DNA of 64,000 nucleotides from NCBI GenBank assembly GCA_000165345.1, contig CM000430.1, positions 64,001 to 128,000 of the forward strand, read 5' to 3'. Shown piece by piece: positions 21,562 to 34,096 of this stretch (position 1 is its first letter; each line of letters starts with the position of its first letter). The notes under the pieces were generated by a model. It saw only the letters and a program-made list of their open reading frames with translations, ran no database searches and was not told where the DNA came from. The position numbers and the translations under genes were made by a program.

Positions 21562-22632
21562 TTATAAAATAGAAAATTCTTTCTTTATTTGAATCTTCAG
21601 ATCATGTATACTGTCATTATTCCATAAAACTTTATCTGCCAGTTCACACTTTGTTTTCAGGCTCATTTGTGAATCAATCATATTTTCTGCTAAAGTTTGA
21701 GTACAAGAATCTCTATCCATTAAATATTTGATCTGCTGTTCTCTATTTGCCGATACTACATATATTGGTGAGCAAATCCATGTGAAAACTTTGCTTTCAA
21801 AAAGTAGAGGAGATACAAGGATAGTTTTAACATTTTGAAATCTTGTTAGCAAAACAAAAACCCTGAAATAAAAAATCTCATATAAAGTTGCAGCAAAAAT
21901 TCTGGGATGTGTAATCATGTTCAATTTCTTTCTTTTAAGTGGATCTTCAAAAATTATTGATCTTAGAAGTTTCCTATTCAAACTACCATCTTGGTTTACT
22001 AAATTATCTCCAAATTCTCTCAAAATTTCACTATTTTATTATTAATCAATTATGGATTTAATGAAATATTAATCTAGTTACAAAATTCAAACAAATCTTT
22101 ATTAACTTGGTTTCATATGAACTAAATATTCAAATACATAACCAAGTTAAAGTAAAGTATGAAACTTACAAGTATGCAGGTTTTCCAATATCAACAATTT
22201 GTCTTGAAATTATATCCATGTCAATTATCACAAAACCATTTTCTTTTAAAAAGTTTGAAACTTGAGTCTTTCCACATGCAATTCCTCCAGTAATTGAAGG
22301 AATTATTATACGATGTAAAAGTAAACAAATTAATACGTTAAGAGAGCACTTGAATACATTTTCTATAAATAAGTAGGACTAGACAATAATATTGCAATTA
22401 TTTGTATTAATTATTCATTATTTTGTTAAACTATCTTTACAATAAAGTCTAGATAGTTTTTTTTAAAAAATTTGTAACATAACAAACTTACCAATAAATT
22501 TATTGGAATTCCCAGCAATAGTAATATAAATTCAGAATTAGTTACTTTCTTCTTGCATCTTAATAATAGAAAATAATATAGTATATTTGTAAATAACACA
22601 TCTAGAAACAAAAATAATATATTCAAGTACAT
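21562..22632 (-). CDS. DPCK: Dephospho-CoA kinase (CoaE), three exons: join(21562..~22030, ~22170..~22348, ~22492..~22632). Intron 2 is ~139 nt. The putative intron 1 is ~143 nt, and exon 1 adds a hydrophobic N-terminal extension.
   Basis: The track ORF 21562..22023 holds LNMITHPRI and ADKVLWNNDSIHDL, as in CoaE (LNALLHPLI, ADDVIDNNG). Upstream exon 2 encodes ..IIIPSITGGIACGKTQVSNFLKENGFVIIDMDIISRQIVDIGKPAY, the P-loop and the VIDADIIARQVV motif. It ends in a GTAAGT donor in phase 2 that joins as TT|T to ...FEILREFGDNL (compare E. coli ...HAIADHFGANM). Exon 2 has no in-frame ATG. The only frame-preserving upstream join is from an ATG exon (MYLNILFLFLDVLFTNILYYFLLLRCKKKVTNSEFILLLLGIPINLL|GTAAGT) to the acceptor ..ttcaAG|TGCTCT. 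Exons 2-3 are high confidence; exon 1 is moderate. Confidence 0.6.
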
Positions 22633-24204
22633 ATATTCCTTTTTTTTCAAATATTGACTTTTAAATCAAGGAGTTTGATGTTAAATAAAAATTGATTTAA
22701 TGGAATATTTAAGTTTTTCAAAATTTCAATTTTTTTTTTTTTATAAATATATATATATTTATTTTTTATATACACAAAAATGAGAAAGCCAAAACATGTC
22801 AATTTGAATTTTAATGATTATAATGAGACACAACCACATAATTGTATTAATTCCGGTAACACAAAAATAATAAAATATTAGGAAACTAAAAAAAAAAAAA
22901 AGAATTATACTTTAGTAGCCAAATGTTCATGTAATTAAATAAATGGAATAACAAATACTTGATTGATTATTTTTTTTAAAAAATATAAATCATTAAAATT
23001 AATGAGAACTTCCAGAAGTTACGAAATAAATGTATAAAATACAAAGATTACAATTTTTTTCGTAATATTTCATTAGAATATTCAGAATTACCTTAATAAC
23101 CTTACACCATTTCTAGCAGTTGTTAATGAGAGCTTTCTACGAAAACTTTATTTAGATAATTTTAAAAAAAAAAAAAAAAAAAAATGATAATGCTTTTAGT
23201 ATTCAAAAGTCAAACATTTTTATTAGTAAGCATATTTTTCTCAACAAAAATTTTCTATTAAATTTATTTATTTAAATGGTAAAACTACCCGATTTAAAAA
23301 GTTTGATTTAATCTTTAGATAATTATAGCATAAATTATAACAAAATTTTTGAGTATTCCAAAGTTATTTAAATCAAGAAAATATTGCAAGAAAACTTATT
23401 TTCTTAAAATTTTCTTTTAAAAAGAGATGTAAAGATATTAAACTTTTTAAATAATTAAGTCAAGTCTTTTAAATATATTAAATATCTATTAATTCATTTA
23501 AGTCATGAGCCTGAAAAGTAAATATTTTCTTGATACAAAGTATTCCCCCTATTTTCAAAAAATAAAAAGAAAATACTAACTAGTTCTTATATATATATAA
23601 ATATTCATATCTTCATTATATTGATGAAGTTCAAAAATTAATTATTAATTTTTGAATGCCAATGATTTTAGAATAAATAGATTCAAAAATATTAAGATCA
23701 ATTTATATATTTAACAATAATTACTATCATAGATATATGAATTTAACATGAAAATGATTATGTAAGAAAAATTCTAACTCTTTTACAATGTTAATATTTT
23801 AAATGTAAAAAAAAAAAAAAAAAATCAAAATTTATTAATGTTTTATTTTGCTTGCTTATAAGAATTTGAACATTTTCACTAAGAAATTATGGTTTGGTTT
23901 GGTAAACAATTTTACATAGGATTTAAATGAAACGTTTACTTCGATAAATTAAAAATAAATAGAAAGTTAATTCTAATAATTTAATCACGTGGATTAATTT
24001 CCATCTAAATATAAGACTCCTTTCATTACTCATTCAAGACATTAACAGGAAATACGTATGAAAGCCGCATATACGCCCACAAACTTCTATTTACTCGGTG
24101 ATCATTTAAAGAAAAGTAAAACAATATTGGCAAAAACAATATAGAATTCATGATTATAATTATTTTAAGAAAGTACTGCAATTTCTCCGCAATATAGTGA
24201 AAAC

Positions 24205-24672
24205 ATGTCAATAAAAAAGTTCAGGTCACTCCTAACAACATTAGTTCTAATACTCTTCTTGTTCAATTACGAGCATAATGAGCAAGAAACAACCAATCGA
24301 GTAGTTCTTGACCACTCCTTTCTGAATTTAAGAAGACCCTCCATCCGAAAATTGATGAGATGTTTTGGATGTTGCAGGGGGAAGTGCAAAAAGAAACCAT
24401 CTAAAAAAAAAGGTTTTACCCTACCACCCCCGCCAGCTCGTTCATGCCTTAAGAAAACCGGACAAAATTCACAGTCTCAAGAAGGTAATCAGGGCGTCAG
24501 TCCAAAAAGAGTGACATTTGATTTAGGAAATAAGCCGCGTTCTGGAATTAAATCCACCGTAGGAGGACTTCCTTCTTCAAGCTCTCCACCATTAAGAGTA
24601 ATGTTAGGATTGGAAAGACCTGATACTACGAAAAATGAAGATAATAGTGAAGAAATTGAAACTAAATTTTAA
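24205..24672 (+). CDS. Small secreted protein, member 1 of the tandem SP-S[FLI][LI][KQN][LIM] family (155 aa).
   Basis: ATG at 24205. Signal peptide MSIKKFRSLLTTLVLILFLF. Motif LDHSFLNL at aa 36-43, then RPSIRKLMRCFGCCRGKCKKK. Ser/Pro/Gly-rich tail. Confidence 0.6.
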   Translation: MSIKKFRSLLTTLVLILFLFNYEHNEQETTNRVVLDHSFLNLRRPSIRKLMRCFGCCRGKCKKKPSKKKGFTLPPPPARSCLKKTGQNSQSQEGNQGVSPKRVTFDLGNKPRSGIKSTVGGLPSSSSPPLRVMLGLERPDTTKNEDNSEEIETKF

Positions 24673-25955
24673 TCATCGCCAAATTTCAATCATTGAGATT
24701 AATTATGTTTATTTGAATAAAGAAATCTGAATTCATCAAAAGATAATGGTTTTGTAAATTTTATGTTGGTTGGGTTTGCCATCAACACTGTACTTGTTAA
24801 ATGAATCGAGATTTTATTATAGTAATACAAATTTAATCGTAATTTGATTGAGAATGAATATCGTGTGAATACTATGCATTATAACTAATTTTATTTTTTT
24901 TTTTTTTGAATATTTTATATGTACTTTACTTTATTATATTTGAACCCATGTTTGTACTCTAGTTTATAGTTCTTGTAATGAGTTAGAACCAGCATTTAAA
25001 TAATTTAGTAAATTAAATATTGTATATATGCTTACATAATAAAAGATTTTTACTACATTTTAATATATAATTAAGATAAAATCCCAAGTTCTTTTCTTGT
25101 TAAATTCAAATACAGAAATTATTAATAGCTATACCAGAAAATATGATGTTTAGATTGGTAAGTAAATAATTAATTCAGCTTAACAGTAGCAATATTCATT
25201 GCTTTATATATTAAATGAAAATGGAATCTAGTTAATGATTCAATTCTAAAAATAAGCAAGTATAACACCATAAAATAATTAAATAAAAAGTTGCCAAATT
25301 TATAGAAAGTCGTTTAATTACTGGTTTGCCATCAAATTAATGTCAAGTTATGAAATCTATTGAGCAGAATTCAGAAACTTAATAATAATGCTTGGCGTGC
25401 ACAGTCTTAAAACCTGAATGATTTATTGAGATGATCAAGAGGTCAAAAGTCTTGTTCTATAAAACAAAAATATAATATTATAAATTACCACATTTACAGT
25501 AATTTTATCTTGGTAATTATATGGTATAAAAATTATTTCTTAGCAATAAACAAAAATTACAATATTTAAATCATGTGTTAATGTGCGTGTAATTTAATTA
25601 ATCACAAAAATTATACAAGTAGAAATCCCTTTTATTTATATAAACCCTATAATTATTTAAACCCTGTTTCACAGTAAAGGCTTTAAGATATTTATAAAAT
25701 AAATAAAATCCTGTTGAATTGTTTTCCAATGATTAAAGAGGGTCATAAATATTTCTAATGCCGCTAATTAAGACAATATTTATTTATATATTAAATATTG
25801 TATATTTATAATGATTAAAACAAATAAATATCAAGTAAAGGTAATATTGTATATCAAGCGGTAACTATAATATTAANTATCTCTTGATTATTAGTTATTC
25901 AAATAAATAATATTCATCCTATCGACCGTATTTTTTTCAAAAGAAAAAAAATCAA

Positions 25956-26540
<585 letters not shown>

Positions 26541-27220
26541 TATCATGTAATGGTTACATATGTTTGTGTACAATACAGAAATGGGCCTAATTATTGTAAA
26601 TAAAGTTGGTTCGGATCAAGTATTTGTGTTTTAGCGAGATGATTTGAGTGAGTTGATTAAAGTATCATAAAGTCAGAATTCTCTGAAAATAACCATATTT
26701 AAAGTAAATTTTATCAATGGTTATATCTACTCATGCTTATTTCTTATACAAACTAATGTTTAAAGTAATAACCAAATGGAATTTTAGAATTATGNNTATT
26801 TTGTGTGTCAACTGTTACAAAACTTTATTTAATGATAATTTTGATTAATTTTTTTTCTCTCAAATAAGATATATCGTGTTTTTTAAATGTTTGAATAGTA
26901 TATATCTCAATTATTACCGTCTCTATTTATTTATTAACAAATACATTAGGTATCTCTGCAATAAAGATAGGATTTGTTTTGTTTGAGTTCCCGGTTTTTT
27001 GGAGGGAAAATTACAAAAAAATTAAGCATACCGGTATGTATATATTTAAATAAATGTATTGATAGATATAAATTAATATGATTTGAGAATAATAATCAAG
27101 GTTTTCAATGTTAGACATAATTTGATTTTAATTGTTAAAACTTTTCTTATCATTGTTTCACTTTAACTATTTATGTTGAATTAATTTAATTTTCAAAAAG
27201 AATATTCGAGTAGACTATTT

Positions 27221-28006
27221 ATGCAATTAAGAAATTGTTTGATATTGATAATATTTGTATTTTCACTTTCTTTTCTATCATTTGAGCATAGAAATGAAAG
27301 AGATATAGTTGTTAAAGACAGAGTTTCATTTTTGAAACTTAGAAATGGAATCTCATTTGGACCAAATCTTTGCAGAAGGCTTTGTTGTTGCAGGGGTAAT
27401 GGTAATGATTTATCAACTCAAGATGTAGTGGTATTTGCAGTTGATAACCCTGCGTTTAATAGCAACGACGAATCTTCTGAAAGTTCCTCTAGTAATAGTA
27501 TGGAATCTGTTCCAAATCCAGATCCAAGTAATATTCCTGTTCCTAGTTCTGGTCCAGTTGTATCTTCAACATCTCAATATTCGGGGTATTCTTCAACTAG
27601 TGAGCCCATTCCCATACCAGTAAGACCAGGTTCTAATCAAGGGCAGTCGACGCCTTCTTTTCCATCGCCATGTAGCCCAAGTGCATCTGCTTCTAAATTG
27701 GGATTTTTAGGAATGCGTTCGCCTTCTGTATCTTCATGCGTTCGCCATTCAAGTAGTTCAAGCTCATTATCATCATCATCAACTTCTTCATCCTCATATT
27801 CGTCATCGTCAAGTTCTTCTGAAGATGAGGATAGAGAAACTAGTACAAATAAAGAATCAGGAAAAAGGGGACATCGTGGGCGTAAAACAGGTAAAAAATC
27901 AAGGTCAAGGTCAAAATCAAGGTCAAGGTCAAAATTCAAGTCGAGGTCAAAATCAAGGTCAAGATCTCCTTCACCGGTTTTTAAATTTGACGAAGAATTG
28001 ACATAA
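27221..28006 (+). CDS. Small secreted protein, family member 3 (261 aa), with a C-terminal SKSR/KSRSRS repeat.
   Basis: ATG at 27221. Signal peptide MQLRNCLILIIFVFSLSFLSF. Motif DRVSFLKL at aa 33-40, then RNGISFGPNLCRRLCCCRG. Ser-rich middle. Tail KKSRSRSKSRSRSKFKSRSKSRSRSPSP. Possibly related to the Cryptosporidium SKSR secreted family (low confidence). Confidence 0.6.
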   Translation: MQLRNCLILIIFVFSLSFLSFEHRNERDIVVKDRVSFLKLRNGISFGPNLCRRLCCCRGNGNDLSTQDVVVFAVDNPAFNSNDESSESSSSNSMESVPNPDPSNIPVPSSGPVVSSTSQYSGYSSTSEPIPIPVRPGSNQGQSTPSFPSPCSPSASASKLGFLGMRSPSVSSCVRHSSSSSSLSSSSTSSSSYSSSSSSSEDEDRETSTNKESGKRGHRGRKTGKKSRSRSKSRSRSKFKSRSKSRSRSPSPVFKFDEELT

Positions 28007-29068
28007 TAATTGTTTGATTTTAAATGAGTGTTATTTTGTAATTTGGTTTGATTTCAAGTGTATTTATTTTATTTTTTTTGGCAATTTAAGATGTTTATTA
28101 ATCAACTAAGTTCATACAAATAATTGTTTGTTGGGTTGAATCTAAAGTAAATTTCATGGATTAATGTATGTAGAAATAGATTAATAATTCATCAAAAATA
28201 TAAGTATTTAAATCTAATTTAGTGAAAGATATTTAATATAATTTGTTTCTATTCTGAAAATTATACAATTGAAATAGAAAATTTGCATATTTATGTTGTG
28301 TAATCTTTTTAAATAAAAGTTTATCAATATAAAATACAGAAACAAATTTGGTTCATACCAAGTAATATTGCTATTCAGTTAATTTATAAATAAAAATACA
28401 ATAAATAAATAATAAAATTCTTTTCAATTTAATCTATGGTTTAACTATAAATTAAGTTAAGTCAAAACTTAATTAAGAAAGTATTACTTTAAAAACACAA
28501 ATGAATTTTAAATACATTTCTTTTTTTTCTAAATATATACCGTTTTATGAAGTCAAACAATACTTGTAATCTTCATTCCACAGAAGGGAGGAGTGTGATA
28601 TATCATTTACTTTAGCTAATTTGATAATCGATTTGATGATCATTCAAATATATATTTATTACTCAAGTAATTAAAAAAAAATAGGCTAATATTCGGAATT
28701 AAATTAACTAAGTTTTTAAAAATTACAAACACGCTAGTGGTAAATTTTTTTTTCTCACAACAAACTTTGTAATGTCGATTCCTTCCTATTAAATATAATG
28801 CATTCATTTTTTCCCCATATAATAATACAAATAAAGTGAAAAAGTGATAAATTATTTAGTATAAATACTTTTTTTATATTGTTATGAACGAAAAAAAAGT
28901 AATAATATTTAGTATCTAAGATGCTAGCTCAAAATAATGATAACATTAAATTCAATTAAAAATAACTGAAAATATATATTTATTAAGAAGCATGCGAATT
29001 AAAACTTTATAGAGACAATTCATTATTGATTTGTAAGTCAATAAATTTACATTCGTTATAGCAAATAA

Positions 29069-29135
<67 letters not shown>

Positions 29136-29321
29136 CGTATAACTTTTTAATTAAAAATGGCGGTCATATTTTATTATATATTTTTTTCCATCAGTGTATC
29201 TTAACGAAATTTACTTCTTTTTTTTTCAATTCTCGAATAAAGAATGTATTTCAATTTTTAAACTAGTAGAAAAAGTAACCTAATCATTCTTCAAAATTTG
29301 TTAATAACTCTGGTTTTAAAA

Positions 29322-29939
29322 ATGAAGTTTTTATATGTGTTTCTATGTTTAATTTGTTTATTGAATTATACCACATTCAATCAGCTTGGCAGAGTTGACG
29401 AACATTCAAAAATGTCATTGATTAAACTGAAATCGTTGAATTTAGGCTCTAGTGGTCCTTCAAATGATGAAGAAAGCCTTAAAGGTACAGGAGATCGTCC
29501 AGATGGAACAGGTTGTAATGACTCTTCTAGTTCATCCTCATCCTTAAATAACCCTGAAGGAGACGAAGAAAATGACCCTGAAGGAGACGAGGGAAATGAC
29601 CCTGAAGGAGACGAGGGAAATGACCCGAATCCATTTGCTGGAGTAAGTTTAAGTTCTCCACGCCCTCGCAGAAGGAACCCGTGGAGATACGGAAATAAAG
29701 GAAAGCCCACACATTCTAACTCTGAAAGTGATGGAAAATTAGGCCCATTTGATGGAGCAAACTTAAAATCTCCGCGCCTTGGAAGAAGGAGACCACGGGG
29801 AAGAGGAAATCAAGGTGGTTCCTCAAACTCTGGCTCTGATTCTGGAGGAGATACAAGTCAATTTGGTGATCCATCCCCAAGACCACCGAGCCCTTATAAA
29901 ACAACTCCAAGGTGTAGTAAATTGAAAGGAAGATTTTAA
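29322..29939 (+). CDS. Small secreted protein, family member 4 (~205 aa), with PEGDE(E/G)ND repeats.
   Basis: First ATG is at ~29322; the track's 29298 is a TTG. Signal peptide MKFLYVFLCLICLL. Motif EHSKMSLIKL at aa 27-36. Three copies of NDPEGDEG. Basic Arg/Gly/Pro-rich tail. Confidence 0.55.
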   Translation: MKFLYVFLCLICLLNYTTFNQLGRVDEHSKMSLIKLKSLNLGSSGPSNDEESLKGTGDRPDGTGCNDSSSSSSSLNNPEGDEENDPEGDEGNDPEGDEGNDPNPFAGVSLSSPRPRRRNPWRYGNKGKPTHSNSESDGKLGPFDGANLKSPRLGRRRPRGRGNQGGSSNSGSDSGGDTSQFGDPSPRPPSPYKTTPRCSKLKGRF

Positions 29940-30752
29940 AACTAACTACCATACAATATTTCAGTTTTCCTGCCAATAGTTGTGGTTTCCAACATTAATG
30001 TTTTAATTCACGTCAATTTTTGATGAGTATGATTATTATGGGTCTTATTAAGGTAAATAACAATTTATGTTTTCTAAAGAAAAGAAGTGCAGATTATGTT
30101 ACTAGTGTCGAGTATTTACCTTATTAATTTGTGCTAGCGTGAAAATAAGTAACTAAAGTTTTTAGCTGTTTTAGTACGATTATTAAGTTTATGTTTGAAG
30201 TTTCATTTTTAGTATTTGTGAATGTTTGTATTAAGTATTACATTTAGTGGGTACACAACATCCACATACCAATAATATGCGAGATTTACACTTAAGATAT
30301 TTAAACTCTGGTGTATTAATTCACATAATAAAACTCAATAAAGCCGTTGACTAACCAAACTTGGTGGAAACTTAAGAATAGTAGCACTAACCTAAAAATA
30401 TTCATATATAGCGCATCAAAATACATAGAACTACAATTTTCGCTTTTCTAACTCGATTTTTTTAACAATTACAAAGACTAATGTCTGTTAAGTTCTTAAT
30501 ATAATTAATTCAATTTAAAAAAAACATTCTAGTTTCTTTAAATGAATTGTAACTTCTATCTTGAAATGTAGATAAGTGCTTTTTAATCCGTCTAGCCCCC
30601 CTCCCGCTCGTCTCAATGATTTACTCAGATATAAAAATAAGATTTTCTTTTACCTTGACTTCTTTTAATTATAGACGAGTATAAAATTTTGAGAAGACTA
30701 AAGTACTTGTCAAATATATTTTGTTTTTGAGAGGATTTAAAGGTTTGAAATT

Positions 30753-31373
30753 ATGAATGCCTGTCTTTATCTATATATAATAATTCCGCTTTTATATTTA
30801 ACCTTTAATTATCAGAGCACTTTCTCTGAGAATTTCTCGACCGATAGTTTAACAAAATTCTCTTTATTAAAGTTAACTGCTTCATTGGGCAATACTGGCT
30901 CGAATTCTAATGATAGTGATCCCGAAGATGAAGGTCCGCCAAGTTTCGTACCTCCACCGCCACCAGGAAAGAAGGGTGCTAGTGGATCAAGTCCAGATGG
31001 ACGACCCGTTCCTCTTCCAAGAACGAGACATTTAGGTGGTAATCCTCCAAAAGGTTTAGGTAAAGCACCTGTTCCAACTCCAAGACTGAGAGATCTGGAT
31101 GGAACAGATGGCGGACGAAAACCAAATTGTCCACTTGGAAGAAGAGGAGGAGTGAGAGGCCGAGATAATGGCCCTAAAAAAGATCCAAGTCAAAGTTCAG
31201 ATTCAAGTTCAAGTTCAAGTTCAAGTTCAAGTTCAAGTTCAAATTCGTCTCCTGATGGACCTGTAAGTTCAAGTGGAGACGGTAGCAGTGGTAAAATTAT
31301 CGTTAAAAAACCTCCTGGTGGTCCTCCAAAACCACCTACACGTTCATCATCGCTATCTAGTTTATTAGACTAA
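30753..31373 (+). CDS. Small secreted protein, family member 5 (206 aa), Pro/Gly-rich with an S15 tract.
   Basis: ATG at 30753. Signal peptide MNACLYLYIIIPLLYLTF. Motif TKFSLLKL at aa 34-41. PPPPPGKKG, then a repeat block PKGLGKAPVPTPR, then (AGTTCA)7 encoding poly-Ser. Confidence 0.6.
   Translation: MNACLYLYIIIPLLYLTFNYQSTFSENFSTDSLTKFSLLKLTASLGNTGSNSNDSDPEDEGPPSFVPPPPPGKKGASGSSPDGRPVPLPRTRHLGGNPPKGLGKAPVPTPRLRDLDGTDGGRKPNCPLGRRGGVRGRDNGPKKDPSQSSDSSSSSSSSSSSSSNSSPDGPVSSSGDGSSGKIIVKKPPGGPPKPPTRSSSLSSLLD
31195..31250. repeat. (AGTTCA)7 hexanucleotide microsatellite encoding poly-Ser in family member 5.
   Basis: Perfect repeat is visible. Confidence 0.85.
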
Positions 31374-31816
31374 TAAACTAATAGCTACTGATGTTTAAAA
31401 TTGAATGTTTGGTTTTGTATTTTAAATTACCTATGTGTAAGTAGTACTAGTGAGATTGCGTATTATCTTAAGGATATTTTCATGTATGTAAGGGGGTGAT
31501 GTTTTTTGTTTCACAAAAAATGACTTTTTGTTAAGTGCAGTGTTATTTATTTATTCTGAATAGTTGTGACTTTACGTATTATAATGTTCATGAGATAGTT
31601 TTGTAATTATCAAGTGAGTTTATAATTGTTCATCATAATACAAGTTTAATTAGATTAATAAACGCACAAGGCGGGATGAACAGACTGTTTAATTGATCTT
31701 GTAAAGTTGGATACAAATAGTAAGAATAAAATAAAATAATAAATAATAGATTCCAGGTAAAGAAGTTAGCAAACTTTGTGTATATATTCCAGAACTAAAT
31801 TAAATAAAAAAAAAAA

Positions 31817-32221
31817 ATGAATTACCAAAAGTTATTAATGAATTTATGCATCGTTGTTGGTTTACTTTCATACTTTATGATATATTCTGACCATGAAATT
31901 GAATTTACAAATGAAAAATATAATGAATTTTCTCTTCTTCAAATGAATATCCCTAGTAGACTTCCAACTTTACTCAGAGGTTGTAGAAAATTGTTTGGAT
32001 CTCCGAGTTATAAGCCTAAAACAATTGATTTTTCTTCCTTTGATGGCACTCGTCCAAAACCAAAAAGTTCCTTACCTCGCAATATTCAAAGTGTAAATCA
32101 TCATCTCTTGAGTTCACCTCCTCTTCCAAAGAAACCCCCTGTTGGAGATCCTTATAACCCAGAACGTTCTGCTGCCCTACTTTCCCGCAAACTCAAAGGA
32201 GTTTATAACTCAAAACAATAA
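31817..32221 (+). CDS. Small secreted protein, family member 6 (134 aa).
   Basis: ATG at 31817. Signal peptide MNYQKLLMNLCIVVGLLSYFMIY. Motif EFSLLQM at aa 37-43, then NIPSRLPTLLRGCRKLFG. Pro/Lys-rich tail. Confidence 0.55.
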   Translation: MNYQKLLMNLCIVVGLLSYFMIYSDHEIEFTNEKYNEFSLLQMNIPSRLPTLLRGCRKLFGSPSYKPKTIDFSSFDGTRPKPKSSLPRNIQSVNHHLLSSPPLPKKPPVGDPYNPERSAALLSRKLKGVYNSKQ

Positions 32222-32618
32222 ATTGCTATTGTTCGCATTAAATCATATTTTAACCCACTGATATTGCCATGTAAGTTTTGTAAGAGATAATTGAAACTAG
32301 ACTATGCATAAAAATTACTACGAAATCCTTACAATATGTTAATTACTACCTAACAAATGCTCCGACAAAGCCGCTCTTGGTCCTAAATTTTAATGTTTTT
32401 GAGCTCAGTTATCTAAAACTAGTTTTATATGATAATTGAGTATATTGTAATGACTTGTGTTTTAAAATTGAATGATTAGTTACTTTAATTCTATTCTTTG
32501 AATGATCAAATATTTTTTTTTTAAAACGTCTTAAGAACCGCCTAATTATGATTGAGACAGTTTTCTTCCTTGCTGATCATATGAATGTCAGTTTTTACAT
32601 AAATTTTATTTTTTAATA

Positions 32619-33167
32619 ATGAATACAGTAAAGTTAAATTTTATTCCTCTAGTATTATGTTTGGCTTTTTTGTCAAATTTCCTTGGAATCCATGATCAAA
32701 TTTTGAGTTTAAATACCCATGTTGATCATTCTCTTATTAAATTAAGTTCTCCGAGAAGATTTTTAAGAAGATTATGTTGTTGTTGTTCTTCTTCTTGTTC
32801 TTCTGATGATAGTTGCTGCTCAAGTAGTTCTAATCGCGGATCTATAGAAATTGGAAACCCGACTCAACCTAAACATGTTTGGTCTGTAACTGGTTATTAC
32901 GGAGGATTTGGTGAAGAAATGCCAACAGAACCACCTAGAACACAAGAGGGCGATGGAGGTAATGAGCAATCAGAGGAATCAGAAAAGAAATCTTCTTGTT
33001 GTTCTAGTAGCAGTTGCAAATCCAAAAAGTTGAAATTAAATAATGGTGATAGCAATGGTGATAGCAATAATGATGGCAATAGTGGTGGTAATGGTGGTAG
33101 AGGCGGCCCTCCGAATCCATATGCTGGATATACTGGCAGTTCGAACCCCACATTTACTACGGATTGA
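32619..33167 (+). CDS. Small secreted protein, family member 7 (182 aa), Cys/Ser-rich.
   Basis: ATG at 32619. Signal peptide MNTVKLNFIPLVLCLAFLSNFLG. Motif VDHSLIKL at aa 35-42, then SSPRRFLRRLCCCCSSSCSSDDSCCSSSS. Further CC clusters and a Gly/Asn/Asp-rich tail. Confidence 0.6.
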   Translation: MNTVKLNFIPLVLCLAFLSNFLGIHDQILSLNTHVDHSLIKLSSPRRFLRRLCCCCSSSCSSDDSCCSSSSNRGSIEIGNPTQPKHVWSVTGYYGGFGEEMPTEPPRTQEGDGGNEQSEESEKKSSCCSSSSCKSKKLKLNNGDSNGDSNNDGNSGGNGGRGGPPNPYAGYTGSSNPTFTTD

Positions 33168-33967
33168 AAACTGAATCCCGTGCAGCTCTACCGATTTTTT
33201 GAACAGAACAAATCGATTGTCTTATTCCACTAAAGTATAATTTATCTCTGGAATAATATTCAAATCGAATTGTTCCTTTTTCTTAATTTCTTCTGCAAAG
33301 GAATTATTTTGTTATGTATGTAATATTGTAAATTATCATTTTCTGAATGAAAAAATTATAATTTGAGTTTGAAAACAAAAAATATAATATTTGAGTTAGA
33401 TAAATTATTAAATTTTTATAATTACATAAAATTTTCTTTTTTCTATTTCTTGATATATTTACACATATTTAATTTGTTTCCAATCTTAAATCGAAGGCTA
33501 CAATTGTCCATTCGAAGGAGAATATTGCAGCTTAACTTTGAATTTTTTTTTTCAATTTTTTAAGTATTATTTCAATTATTATGAGAAACAATCTTTAGAT
33601 AATAAAATTAAATTCAAGAACGAATGAAAATTGTTGTGTAGAATTTTTACTTAAAAATACGATTTTAACAAGTTAATTAAAAAATTAACCTTTATGTTTT
33701 TCAATGAAGTTAAGTACTAAATCTAATATAAATCTAGTATTTATCATTTTTTTAATTTTCTTCATGAAATAATAATATATTAAATTGCAATTAATAATAA
33801 GTTATACACAGTTATTCAATTATTTTCTATGGTAATTATTTCTTTCTTTTTATTAGTAATATTCTTCTGTACAAGTTTTGATTTTCAAATTATTAATGAT
33901 TTATATCTCATTAATATTATTATTAATTAAATATTATTAATCATAATTTCAACGTTTATTTTATTTG

Positions 33968-34096
33968 NNAGGGTNAGCGAGTTNCGTTATTCGTTTNNNN
34001 NNNNNNNNNNNNNNNNNNNNNNNNNNNNNNNNNNNNNNNNNNNNNNNNNNNNNNNNNNNNNNNNNNNNNNNNNNNNNNNNNNNNNNNNNNNNNNNN
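33968..34096. other. Assembly gap (N run) with scattered n bases. It interrupts the 5' end of the Sfi1-like gene.
   Basis: About 90 consecutive n plus isolated n in flanking bases. Confidence 0.95.

Noticed and set aside
22426-22650. Track ORF 22426..22650 - taken as an independent 74-aa gene
   Set aside because: Its 3' part reads through a GTAAGT donor. The 5' part is better explained as exon 1 of the dephospho-CoA kinase gene.
24026-24211. ORF 24026..24211 - upstream of family member 1
   Set aside because: Short. It lies in the promoter region and has no features.
33363-33563. ORF 33363..33563 + in an AT-rich spacer
   Set aside because: AT-rich chance ORF with a poly-F/I/L translation.
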